DNA of 64,000 bases from Gammaproteobacteria bacterium RIFCSPHIGHO2_12_FULL_35_23 (GCA_001801465.1 MGXT01000020.1:134228-198227); one strand, 5' to 3'; shown: positions 30,016-39,835, counted from the first letter of the stretch. Numbers and translations: made by a program. The notes: generated by a model from the letters alone, not told the origin.

Positions 30016-33000
30016 GTGGTGCACATGTTAGCTTTTAATAATCCGTCTCTTATGCAATTTTTGCCATTAGTTTCAAGATTTAATTTGGTCACTGACCAGC
30101 CGATTGATTTTTTAAAGTTGACTTTACCAGATCTAGAACGGCTGTTATGTTTTAATCAAGAAATAGCAAGGCAGTCTGCTATTGAAAGCCAGGTCGCAAA
30201 AGAACGCTTAATTATCACTATAGGCGCTGCAGCAGAGAGTGAAAAAGCTACTATTCTTGCTAACCCTAGATTTTTTAGACAATTCTATGAAAAATTTATC
30301 AGAAGATGTCCTTTATCGGTTGAAGTATTGCAAGACTTTATTGCGGATATAAAATGTTTAGAGTGCTTATTAGGAAGTAGTGAGCTTGTTGCAGAATTGG
30401 TACAAAAACCTAAATTTAAACAAGCAGTCAATGATTTAATTGCAAGATTATCAGAAGAAAATAACTTATCAGAGCTCATTAAGGTACTGCAAGCACTAGA
30501 AGATTTAAATAAGAATTTAGAAGAGGAATCTAGGGTTTTTTTAATATTTGAAAATGATCTTATTAACCGCTATCAACAGCTTTTGGTCCAATTGAATAAT
30601 CTATATGGCCATGATCCTAGATTGTTAGCAAAAAAAATAGGTCTTTTACCTTTAACCGATGATTTAATTTTTAATTTAGTTGTTAATTTTATTAAGGCAA
30701 GACCTCTGTTTGAAATGATGATTGTTGCTAAAATACTTGATGTTTCATTATTAGATTCAGCAAAAAAAACTGTTTTACAGCAATTGCAAGTTGGATATGA
30801 AGCTGACAATGATTATTTCAATGAGCCAGAAGAAAAAAGACAGCTCGATTTAATTGAAGAGTTTACCTCTGTTTTATTACGAGATATAAATTATTATGTT
30901 TTAAAATTAATCCAAGCAATCAATAGTTCTTATCAAAGAGAGGTTGTTAAACTTGACTTAGAAGGCGAGTTAATTTGGTTGGCAGAGCAGACTCCTGCCA
31001 CCTTTACTATCTGGAAAAATAAAGTAATAGCTCTAAAACAGCGCTGTGAAGGTTTGTCATCAAGAGTCACTATTTTAGAACAAGGTATTGCACAACTTAA
31101 ACAGCTTTTGTTACAGTTGCCTCCTGTTTCTCCTTATTCCAGGGGAGAGGTAATGACAGTACATTTGCAAGAAGTACAAAATTTAATTTCAAGATTTGAA
31201 GATTCTGTTAAAGCTTTTTATTTAAAAGACAAACACCCTGTGTGTTTACATTTACAAAGAAACTTAGCATTGGTTAAAGCTGACGCATATATAGCATTAA
31301 TTAGTGATGCAAAGGTTGCATCAAGAGCAAAAAAGAAGGCAATTAGTCAGGTTCTCTCCGCAGTTAAAAAACATTGTATGGCAGTAAACGATAGTTGCCT
31401 TAAAGAAATGATAGATTATTTGCTATTAGACCCGTCAACTGTTCAAGCACCTAAAGATAGAGAGTTATATATACAGATTCTAGAGGTTGCGCCTGCAAGT
31501 GAAGTAGAAAGAATTGTTAAATATATTAATAATTCTGCACACCATATTACTTTAACGTCTGCTCAAATAGTAAAAATTATTAAAGTCTTGTTAAAAAGCG
31601 AGTCGTTTTCATCAGATTTAGCAGTTTGTTGTGATAATTATTTTTTTGACATTATAAAAGGTTCGCATCCTGTTAATGTAAATATATTAATAGAGTTAGT
31701 AAAGGTTGATGTTAAAGGCAGGTATCTAGAAAAAATCTTTGATTTTATTCGTGATAATTTTTATAGGTTAAATTTAAGCGCAAAAGAAACTCAAAACTTG
31801 ATATTAGCTTTAGCGCAATTAAGAGAAAGTTCACCTAGTGCTATTCAAAACAAAATTGATAAGCTGGCTAATAGAATTTGTGCGTCTGTTTGGGGTCGAG
31901 GATTTAGAGTGCTTCGAAATAAGCTGCGTGAAATCAATTATCTTGAATTTGTTCTATCCGATTTTTCTGTATTTAAAATGTTTGCTAGTCAAAATGGCTG
32001 GCAACAAAGTAAAGGAAATAGACGAGAGATTATTGCCAGCTTAAATAAGATTTTGGCAGATTATTCTAAACATAGAACTCTTCATGACTATCAATTATTG
32101 GTGCAATTTATCAAGTTTTCTAAATCAGAGGAAGTTACTCTTATAGCAGAGCTTCAAGCGTTATCAGCAGCTGAAGAAAAAATATTTTTTGCTGAAATGA
32201 AAAGAAAGTTGTTTTCTTTACTTGATAACCAACAGCTTTCATTACAATCTCTACAGCAAGTAAGTAGTTTATTAGAAGAATATGAAGCCTTAACAAACTC
32301 TGATTTAAACGATGATTTTTCTGCGATGATTGCTTGTTATGAATCTGAGTATAAAGATCCTAGAGAATTACTCTGTACCAATTATTTAGGATATTTGCAT
32401 AGACTTTGGACTATAGGTAATTTTAAACTAAAGGCAACTATTAATGAGTGTTTATTGAAAATTAGAGGACTGGCACTAGCTAGTACAGAAGAGGAGAAAG
32501 AAGCTTTAGTTTTACAACTGCTGTCATTAAAAACTAGTAACCCTTCTTTCTATTATCAAATTATAATCATGAATCCATTGTTTAATTTTATTTCGGCTAG
32601 GAATAATAATTTACTGTTGGCAAGTTTAAATAATAGAACGAATCCAGAAATAAATAATCACCCTGAATTGTTAGAAAGAATAAATCGCCATACTTTTTTG
32701 CAAGAAAAGATTGCAAGAAGTGCAAGAGTTTCTCAAGAGTTAGAAACTAATGTTCATTGTCGCAGTTACCTTGAAGAAGCTTCTGCATGGCGAGGAGAAG
32801 TGGATAAACTTTATGATTTAGTGTTAAAAACTAAAGAAATGATTCGCCTCTATGGTGGTAGAAAAGTAAAAGACTGGGTGTTTGAAGTTCAATTTAGAGC
32901 AAGAATCTCACCTAGGACTTATAACGATTTTTTAATGTTGCATATGCTTGTTAATGAATATAGAGGTGAGCTTGGCATCTTAGATGCTAATTTATGTGAA

Positions 33001-35355
33001 TCCATTACTAGCACAGTTTTGGTGAGTGAAATTGAAAGTGTGGTTCAATTAATAGAACGTGAAACAGCTGATCCGAGTAGTTGTTATGAAGAGCTAAAAG
33101 AAATTATTGTTAAAGATCCGGGAATGCTTCAAGCCTATGAGCTTGAAACGAAGCTTTGTGAAATACTTTATAATTCACTGAGAGCGGCTTCTGTCAATAA
33201 CCCCCTCAATTGGTTGACTGATGAACTTCTCGATTTACAAACAAAAACCACGGGATTTATTAGAGTATTTATTAATCACTGGTTAGAGAAAGATTTACTT
33301 GCTGTTGTTGATGACAAAGCTCAAGAAAGCTATGAATTAATTAGTTTATCTTCAGATTCAGGATTTTTCTATACCTTGAGCTTAACTGCGGCTGAAATTA
33401 GCGATGTCGAAGTGGATGAAGATACTCAGGAACCAGTAAGTACCCCTGAATATTTGCATTCTCTTACTCACGGTTATAAACATGCAGCTATCAAATATAG
33501 CCAATTAGAAGAAGCTGTTACCCAGGCTAGAGAAGCTTCAAGACAAGAAGAGGAGAGAATTGCAGCTGCAGAAGCATCTGGTTCAATGACTGACAGACAA
33601 GCAATGCGAGCAAGAGGTAGAATGCGAATTGATGAAAGTGAGGCTGTGGCTAGAAAAATAAAAAGACGTTTAGATAATTCTACCAATCGAGTTGTTGCTG
33701 GCGTAGATGAATATTGGACAAGAAGTGAAGGTGTTAATTGGTTTTGGGATCGTGAAGCAGGTGATAGTGTTTTTGCAGAGGATTTTTTTGCTGAAGGTAG
33801 AGCAGGTAGTGCTATTACTGCAGCAATGTTAAGAACCAGTGAGGCGGAGGTGTTAAGAAGAAGAGCGCATTTTCATGAGGAACTTGCTAAACGGACTACT
33901 GACGAAGGTCAAAGAGTTATTCTAAGAGCCGGACAAGATAATTTATTAGAGTATGGACATCGCAACAGTTATGTAGGAGCAGTAATGGGCGCTTTAGATG
34001 TTCATGATGTTGAGCATCCAGTTTTTTATTATGTTAATTCAGCGGCTGTTTCCCACGTCTTAAAAATAGGGGGAGAGTTTTATGACCAAGTTGTTGCACG
34101 AGGAATTGAATACAAAAAAGTTAATCCTAGAACAGGGGAGATGGAGACTTTTGGGATAATCAATATTAAATCCTCGGTTTTACTTTCTCGAGGCAAGGTG
34201 AGTTGTCAGGCTTTTCATGCCGAGTCTAATAATATGCAAACCTATTTTAATATGCTAAAAGCAAGCAATTTACTTAATAAAGAAGCTCTACTAGTACATT
34301 TTGAACAAGTAGTAAGGGAGTACAAAAAAGTAAGTAGAGAAGAAGCTGAAATTGAAGCTGTTGATAATGTCTTACTAGTTTTACAGGATGAAAATGAAAT
34401 CTCCTTAAATAATATTCATTCGCCTGCAGCATTTGCTATGTATAAGGAAGCAGTTTCAATACAGCGAGTTGTTAAATTAATAAATTTGTTGGCTAGTTTT
34501 GGGGAAGAGTATGTAGAGATATTTAGAGTAGAAGGATTTGAAGGTTTGTTTAGAAAGCTTCAAACGGAAAATAAACTACTTACTTTTGAAGCAATGGATC
34601 TATTACTATTAGTTGGGTCACCTGCAATTCCTATGCAAATTTTTCTTAACACCTTGAGTAAACGGGTAGTGTTAGAACAAGGACCTATTCTTGCTTATCT
34701 TGATGGTGTAATAGAAGGTTTTAAAAGAAGTTGTAATAATAGGCAAGAAAGAGAGTTAGCAGATAGCCTAATGGCAGCCTTACAAGGTAATACAGAATTA
34801 ATTTGCCCTTTTAGTTCAGAGGTGGGCATTTTGTTATATCAGCAAATTCTTTTGTTTCAACAGGCCATGTATTTTATAGTCTTACTACAATCATTGCAGG
34901 CAAGTTATTTAGAAAGATTTATAGCAGAAGGATTTGAAGGTTTGTTTGCACAGTTTAAGGCTGATAATGTTGTGTTGACAGACGATATGGTAAATCTACT
35001 TAGGATTGTTGGCGCCTCTAGTTTACCGGTTGAATTAATAGAAACAGAGACAGAAGGTTTGTCCACGATGTCTCGGCCCTCTAGTAGGCAATCAAGAGTC
35101 AGTCATTTAACAATTAATGCGTTGGTTTCACCGCAAGCCATGCCTTTAATGACGGGCGCCGTATCTGCTGAACCATCTTTATTAAGTGCTAGGCGCCAGC
35201 CAGTTTCAGCTGTTGGGCAAGGATTTTTTGGATCTCCTGCACATTCAGCTATGCCATCTCCATCAGTTAACAGAGGTATTGCTATTGATGTAACCGTCGC
35301 TGCAGCAGAAGGGCCTATTGCAGAAGGTAGTGCTTCACCTTTGTCTTCAGCTTAA
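30016..35355 (+). CDS. very large orphan alpha-helical protein (1779 aa; start may be ATG 30025), candidate Dot/Icm-type effector
   Basis: uninterrupted 5.3-kb ORF, no signal peptide, coiled-coil-like stretches, 132-aa-period duplication near C-terminus, S/A/P-rich tail. Confidence 0.8.
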   Translation: MVHMLAFNNPSLMQFLPLVSRFNLVTDQPIDFLKLTLPDLERLLCFNQEIARQSAIESQVAKERLIITIGAAAESEKATILANPRFFRQFYEKFIRRCPLSVEVLQDFIADIKCLECLLGSSELVAELVQKPKFKQAVNDLIARLSEENNLSELIKVLQALEDLNKNLEEESRVFLIFENDLINRYQQLLVQLNNLYGHDPRLLAKKIGLLPLTDDLIFNLVVNFIKARPLFEMMIVAKILDVSLLDSAKKTVLQQLQVGYEADNDYFNEPEEKRQLDLIEEFTSVLLRDINYYVLKLIQAINSSYQREVVKLDLEGELIWLAEQTPATFTIWKNKVIALKQRCEGLSSRVTILEQGIAQLKQLLLQLPPVSPYSRGEVMTVHLQEVQNLISRFEDSVKAFYLKDKHPVCLHLQRNLALVKADAYIALISDAKVASRAKKKAISQVLSAVKKHCMAVNDSCLKEMIDYLLLDPSTVQAPKDRELYIQILEVAPASEVERIVKYINNSAHHITLTSAQIVKIIKVLLKSESFSSDLAVCCDNYFFDIIKGSHPVNVNILIELVKVDVKGRYLEKIFDFIRDNFYRLNLSAKETQNLILALAQLRESSPSAIQNKIDKLANRICASVWGRGFRVLRNKLREINYLEFVLSDFSVFKMFASQNGWQQSKGNRREIIASLNKILADYSKHRTLHDYQLLVQFIKFSKSEEVTLIAELQALSAAEEKIFFAEMKRKLFSLLDNQQLSLQSLQQVSSLLEEYEALTNSDLNDDFSAMIACYESEYKDPRELLCTNYLGYLHRLWTIGNFKLKATINECLLKIRGLALASTEEEKEALVLQLLSLKTSNPSFYYQIIIMNPLFNFISARNNNLLLASLNNRTNPEINNHPELLERINRHTFLQEKIARSARVSQELETNVHCRSYLEEASAWRGEVDKLYDLVLKTKEMIRLYGGRKVKDWVFEVQFRARISPRTYNDFLMLHMLVNEYRGELGILDANLCESITSTVLVSEIESVVQLIERETADPSSCYEELKEIIVKDPGMLQAYELETKLCEILYNSLRAASVNNPLNWLTDELLDLQTKTTGFIRVFINHWLEKDLLAVVDDKAQESYELISLSSDSGFFYTLSLTAAEISDVEVDEDTQEPVSTPEYLHSLTHGYKHAAIKYSQLEEAVTQAREASRQEEERIAAAEASGSMTDRQAMRARGRMRIDESEAVARKIKRRLDNSTNRVVAGVDEYWTRSEGVNWFWDREAGDSVFAEDFFAEGRAGSAITAAMLRTSEAEVLRRRAHFHEELAKRTTDEGQRVILRAGQDNLLEYGHRNSYVGAVMGALDVHDVEHPVFYYVNSAAVSHVLKIGGEFYDQVVARGIEYKKVNPRTGEMETFGIINIKSSVLLSRGKVSCQAFHAESNNMQTYFNMLKASNLLNKEALLVHFEQVVREYKKVSREEAEIEAVDNVLLVLQDENEISLNNIHSPAAFAMYKEAVSIQRVVKLINLLASFGEEYVEIFRVEGFEGLFRKLQTENKLLTFEAMDLLLLVGSPAIPMQIFLNTLSKRVVLEQGPILAYLDGVIEGFKRSCNNRQERELADSLMAALQGNTELICPFSSEVGILLYQQILLFQQAMYFIVLLQSLQASYLERFIAEGFEGLFAQFKADNVVLTDDMVNLLRIVGASSLPVELIETETEGLSTMSRPSSRQSRVSHLTINALVSPQAMPLMTGAVSAEPSLLSARRQPVSAVGQGFFGSPAHSAMPSPSVNRGIAIDVTVAAAEGPIAEGSASPLSSA
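34530..34947 (+). repeat. intragenic duplication with 396-bp period
   Basis: AGAAGGATTTGAAGGTTTGTTT (22 nt) identical at 34530 and 34926, both encoding EGFEGLF in similar flanks. Confidence 0.8.
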
Positions 35356-35370
35356 ATAATAAATAGACAA

Positions 35371-36663
35371 CTATATAGAGATTTTAATACAGCCATTAAA
35401 AAATGCACTGTTTTGTGCTAAAGCGAGATCTTTATATTTTTTAAAATATTTTTGTAGAGAAGCATCATGCAGTATGGCGTTAATAGGTTCAATTTTATGA
35501 TTGCCTAGACTATGGGGATGAAAGTAAGTAAAAGAAGGTTGGGGAAGGAAATCTATATTTTTTTGTTGGATAAGTTCTATGATATTGCTAATTATACGAA
35601 TTTCATCCATCAATCTGGAAACAGATTTAGTAGGTAAAAAAGATTCAAAATAATTTGGATAGTTTAAAGAATAGTAAACTGGAATATCTTTAGTGATATG
35701 ACAAGGATGCATTAATAAAGGTGCATAATCCTTTAATCGATAGATGTTTGTATAAGCATCTTGAATTAATTTAATAGGAGCTATTTCATTATTGTTATCT
35801 ATTGCAAAAATCATACCAGGAAAAACACTTTCTGCAATCATATACAGTTGTTTTAAATGACTGCTTAATTTAGGCTGTAAATAAATATTTTGATTACTAA
35901 TAGTGTTTAAAACCTTTTCCCAAACCATATTTAATTCAAATTGTCTACGACAGTTATAAGATTGATGCCAAGCTAGTTTAAGAAAATAATTTTGTAGATT
36001 AATGAAGGCTGGGTTGTTTCTTTTAATTAACCATTGTTCTGTAAGATAAAGAATGGAGCAATGCCATTTATTATTAGTTTCAATATTAGCAGCGATTGTA
36101 GCAAACAAATCACGATGTTGTCTGGAATGTGCTGGAGGTGGTAAAGCAATGTGTAAAGCTTTTTTTAGCCGATTATGAGCAATGCTATCAGAAATTTTTG
36201 GTAGCATGAAGATAGAGCGAGCTCCAGAGGAAATATTAGCTAATTGGGTAGAATCTTTAGCGATAGGTTGATCGAAAAGCTCCCAGGCGCCTAATATAGC
36301 ACCTTGATACCAGAGTTTATCAGATACGACACGCTGCGGAGTCTCATAATAAACTTCAACTGATTTATTAAGCACTATGCCAACTGGAATTTTTGCATAG
36401 TTAAGGAATTGCTTTGATAACTTTGCAAAATGAGTATGGTTTGAAGGTAGAATCTCTTGTTGGTCAGGAAGATAAAGCTGCCCCATCTTCACAATGTCTT
36501 TGCCAAAGGGATAATGAGCAACTATTAGGCTATCAGAAGTGCCTGGGTCAAGCTCTTCCAGTAATTTTGCGAATTCAGAGTTTACGGCATAAACTTGAAA
36601 TTTTATTTTATTCCATGAGGTGAACTCTAAGGATTCATTCATGATATTAGTAGTATTTATCAT
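35371..36663 (-). CDS. conserved-looking hypothetical protein (430 aa)
   Basis: globular composition with motif-like blocks SGARSIFMLPKIS, AP..IQ.AY..IY.L.DYAP, PVYYSL..P, FFNGCIKI. Confidence 0.8.
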   Translation of the reverse strand: MINTTNIMNESLEFTSWNKIKFQVYAVNSEFAKLLEELDPGTSDSLIVAHYPFGKDIVKMGQLYLPDQQEILPSNHTHFAKLSKQFLNYAKIPVGIVLNKSVEVYYETPQRVVSDKLWYQGAILGAWELFDQPIAKDSTQLANISSGARSIFMLPKISDSIAHNRLKKALHIALPPPAHSRQHRDLFATIAANIETNNKWHCSILYLTEQWLIKRNNPAFINLQNYFLKLAWHQSYNCRRQFELNMVWEKVLNTISNQNIYLQPKLSSHLKQLYMIAESVFPGMIFAIDNNNEIAPIKLIQDAYTNIYRLKDYAPLLMHPCHITKDIPVYYSLNYPNYFESFLPTKSVSRLMDEIRIISNIIELIQQKNIDFLPQPSFTYFHPHSLGNHKIEPINAILHDASLQKYFKKYKDLALAQNSAFFNGCIKISI

Positions 36664-36685
36664 TTTTCTAAGTATTGTTTAACCA

Positions 36686-37708
36686 CTAAAGACGTTTGGG
36701 ATAAATATTACCACTACGCTGGGATAGAGACAAGGTGGCTTGTTGGGGAAAATCTAAATAAGTTTCTTTTACTAACCTTTTGATTTTTGCGGCATATTGT
36801 CTGTTTAGGGTAGTTGAAATTTTAATATCACCATTGTAATAAGGATCTGAATAGATAGTACAAAGGGGGTTTCTAGATAAAAAAGTATTAAACAAGATAG
36901 CTCGAGGCCAAACAAGTTCCTCTAAAATCTGTCTTTCAGTTGTTGTAACTGGCATAAAAACAGGGGAAGGCATTTGAATTGTTTCAGAAAGATTTTCTAC
37001 TCTTAATTGCTCAAATAAATCAATTAACAGTTTTGTCTGATGTTGGTTTAAAGGTGGTAAACCAATTAATATAGTATTTGCTAAAGCATTACATATAATG
37101 AATATTTGAAATAATCGGTTTCTTTTAGTTTTGTTTAATTCAAAATCTTTAATTTCGGGCAGAGCAGAATCTTTTGTTGCCAGCGCTCCAAAAAGAGCAG
37201 TGATATAATTAGCATAATGATCTAATAAAGTATATCGAGGTTTTAAAGGAATTAATTGAATTAGCATAGTATTTATTTTAAATAATGAATCTGTAGCAGT
37301 TAAACGTGAATAGTTTCCATCTTTATAAGTTCCAATAAATTTTAAACGAGAATAAAAGATAGGATATTTAACTCTTAATAGATTTAAAACGATTCCTTTA
37401 AAGATCACTGTAAAGGATTCTATTTCTGCTAAGGTGTATTTTGTTGCATTATAACCAATAGCAGGATAATGTCGTTTTGGCCATAAAGGAATGGACGTCA
37501 ATACTTCAAAACCGTAAGGCATGATAATTTGAGTTTTGACCCCAGTTATTCTGGATGTTTCTTTATTGGCCTGTTCAACAATTTTTCTTGCTAAGACAAA
37601 ATCAAAGGCGATAAGAGAGTCGGGGGTGGTAGCAAGATTCAAAGATCTTGAAAAAAAGCACCAGTAGTTTCTACTTAAACTGATTGAAGGTAGTTTTCGG
37701 TATATCAT
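36686..37708 (-). CDS. orphan hypothetical protein (340 aa)
   Basis: long ORF, co-oriented and 22 nt upstream of the 430-aa gene; no recognised domain. Confidence 0.7.
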   Translation of the reverse strand: MIYRKLPSISLSRNYWCFFSRSLNLATTPDSLIAFDFVLARKIVEQANKETSRITGVKTQIIMPYGFEVLTSIPLWPKRHYPAIGYNATKYTLAEIESFTVIFKGIVLNLLRVKYPIFYSRLKFIGTYKDGNYSRLTATDSLFKINTMLIQLIPLKPRYTLLDHYANYITALFGALATKDSALPEIKDFELNKTKRNRLFQIFIICNALANTILIGLPPLNQHQTKLLIDLFEQLRVENLSETIQMPSPVFMPVTTTERQILEELVWPRAILFNTFLSRNPLCTIYSDPYYNGDIKISTTLNRQYAAKIKRLVKETYLDFPQQATLSLSQRSGNIYPKRL

Positions 37709-37983
37709 GTTTAGAAAAAAGACGGATGAAATTTGTACTTATTGTTTACAGGATTGTTATGAAAGATTATCTGTCTATAAGTTCCTTATAATGAAATAAT
37801 TAATTTTTAATAAATTATCAATAAGGGAGTAATAAGTATTCTTTTATAGAAAACAGACCCTTATTTCAAACAAATCTGTAAAAGATTTTATCAAAACACT
37901 ATTATATCAAAATTAATAACTAATACAATATTTACATGTAAAAGATACATGTTAATATTTACCAAATAAAGATAATTAAAAGG

Positions 37984-38214
37984 GTGCCGACAGTGAAAAT
38001 TACCGCCGACGATTCGAGTAGTGTTCAAGACCAATTTATTGAAAATTTAATTAAAGCCAATGAAACAGTCTCTCTTTTTTTAAAATCAGGCGTACAATTA
38101 AAAGGAGTAATCGTTGGGTATGATCCGCTTACTATCACTTTAAGTTATAATAATAATCTACAGTTAGTCTATAAACATGCTATAGCAACTATCTGTCCTC
38201 ATATTAAAGACTAA
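37984..38214 (+). CDS. hfq: Hfq-family (Sm-like) RNA-binding protein, divergent paralogue (start may be GTG 37993)
   Basis: SVQDQFI.NL, VSLFLKSGVQLKG.I.GYD (Sm1), QLVYKHAIATI.P (Sm2). Confidence 0.88.
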   Translation: MPTVKITADDSSSVQDQFIENLIKANETVSLFLKSGVQLKGVIVGYDPLTITLSYNNNLQLVYKHAIATICPHIKD

Positions 38215-38332
38215 CTTTTGATAAATAAAGCTAGTAAAAATTTTATAAATGGTCTACACTAATCGGCCAATTTACATGATCTGTCTCTTTTTTGGTATAT
38301 AGATTTTGTAAATAAGTACAGGTATTAAACTC

Positions 38333-38446
38333 ATGAACATTACAACTCTGATAGCAAAGTGAATTTATATATTCATTTATCTTAACCTATTGCTATTTAG
38401 CTTAGCTGAAATAAATTATTAATGATCCAAGAGAGTTGTAACCATG
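38333..38446 (+). promoter_or_regulatory. structured leader with 9-codon uORF (38333-38362) pairing over the MATE RBS
   Basis: TTACAACTCT (38340-49) is the exact complement of AGAGTTGTAA (38432-41); nested ATAGCAA/TTGCTAT stem. Confidence 0.5.
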
Positions 38447-39835
38447 GCCGCACTAGACTTTAAATTTATAAAAACAGAAATTAAGAAGAATCTGGCAGTC
38501 AGTATGCCGCTGATAGCCGCACAATTAATTTATGCTTTTAGCGGTTTTCTTGGCACAGCAATGATTGCTCATTTAGGTAAGAATGAATTAGCTGCTAGCG
38601 TCTTGGTTAACATGCTTTGGGCAACCTTATCAACTATCTTTTTTGGTATTATCAATGCGGTCAGTATCTTAGTTTCTCATCAATATGGTGCTAAAAATGA
38701 TAAAGCTATTTGTGAGATTATGGGGCAAGCTTATTTATTAGGAATTGTATTAACACTATTAATCTTATTGGCATTATTTTCTATGCCCCTCTTTTTACGT
38801 TTAAGTCACCAATCACCAGAAGTATTAACATTAGCTTCTTTTTATATGAAATCGCTTATGTTTACAGTACCTGGATTAGTTATGGTGGTTATAACTGAAC
38901 AATTCTTGGTTGGAGTGGGTAGATCAAAACTAGTTTTACAAGTTAGTTTTATGGTTGTTCCTTTAGAGATTATTATGTTGTATCTCTTAATTTTTGGAAA
39001 ACTCGGCCTGCCAGTCTTTGGTATTGCGGGAATTGGTTATGGATTTGCAATATCTTATACTCTTACGGCAATAGGATTAATGATTTATTTATTTCGTGCC
39101 AACTATTATAAAAAATATAAAATATTTTCAGCTATTAATCGAATTAACTGGCTGTATATAAAAGAATTGATCAGAGTAGGTTTACCTATGGGATTTATGC
39201 AAGTAGTTGAAGTGGGTACTTTTGCAATGATTACTTTTTGGGTGGCACAATTTGGTACAATAATTTTAGCTGCTCATCAAATTACCTTGCAGTTTTTAGC
39301 ACTAGCAATCACTATGGTCTTTGCTATGTCACAAGCGGTGACGGTTCGAGTTGGGCATGCAGTAGGGCAGTTAGATAAAAATAATGTAGTTAATTCAATT
39401 ATTACCGGGTTATTGATTAATTTCTTTTTTGCATGTTTTATTGCCATTATATTTTGTTTGCTTCCTAAATTATTATTAAGTTTAGATTTAAATACCGCAG
39501 CTGCGGATAACCAGCTATTAGTCACTGAAGCAATTCAATTATTTAAAGTTGCTAGCGTGCTTTTATTATTTGATAATTTTAGGATTATAGGATTTGGTGC
39601 TTTAAGAGGACTCAAAGATACAAAATTTCCACTTTATTCTTCTTTAGCTGGATTTTGCTTTATTGGTTTAAGTACTGCTTATTACTTTGCTTTTATACTT
39701 AAATTGAGTGGTGTAAGCATTTGGTGGGGGATAACCTTGGGTATTGCTAGTAGTGCTATTATGATTATGTTTAGATTACGTTATTTATTACGTAAAATTG
39801 ATTTAGTAAAAATTCTCGAATTATCAAAAAAATAG
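38444..39835 (+). CDS. MATE-family (NorM-like) efflux transporter
   Basis: 12 TM, AHLGKNELAASVL, FGKLGLPVFGIAGIG, LAAHQI, AVTVRVG, GALRGLKDT. Confidence 0.93.
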   Translation: MAALDFKFIKTEIKKNLAVSMPLIAAQLIYAFSGFLGTAMIAHLGKNELAASVLVNMLWATLSTIFFGIINAVSILVSHQYGAKNDKAICEIMGQAYLLGIVLTLLILLALFSMPLFLRLSHQSPEVLTLASFYMKSLMFTVPGLVMVVITEQFLVGVGRSKLVLQVSFMVVPLEIIMLYLLIFGKLGLPVFGIAGIGYGFAISYTLTAIGLMIYLFRANYYKKYKIFSAINRINWLYIKELIRVGLPMGFMQVVEVGTFAMITFWVAQFGTIILAAHQITLQFLALAITMVFAMSQAVTVRVGHAVGQLDKNNVVNSIITGLLINFFFACFIAIIFCLLPKLLLSLDLNTAAADNQLLVTEAIQLFKVASVLLLFDNFRIIGFGALRGLKDTKFPLYSSLAGFCFIGLSTAYYFAFILKLSGVSIWWGITLGIASSAIMIMFRLRYLLRKIDLVKILELSKK

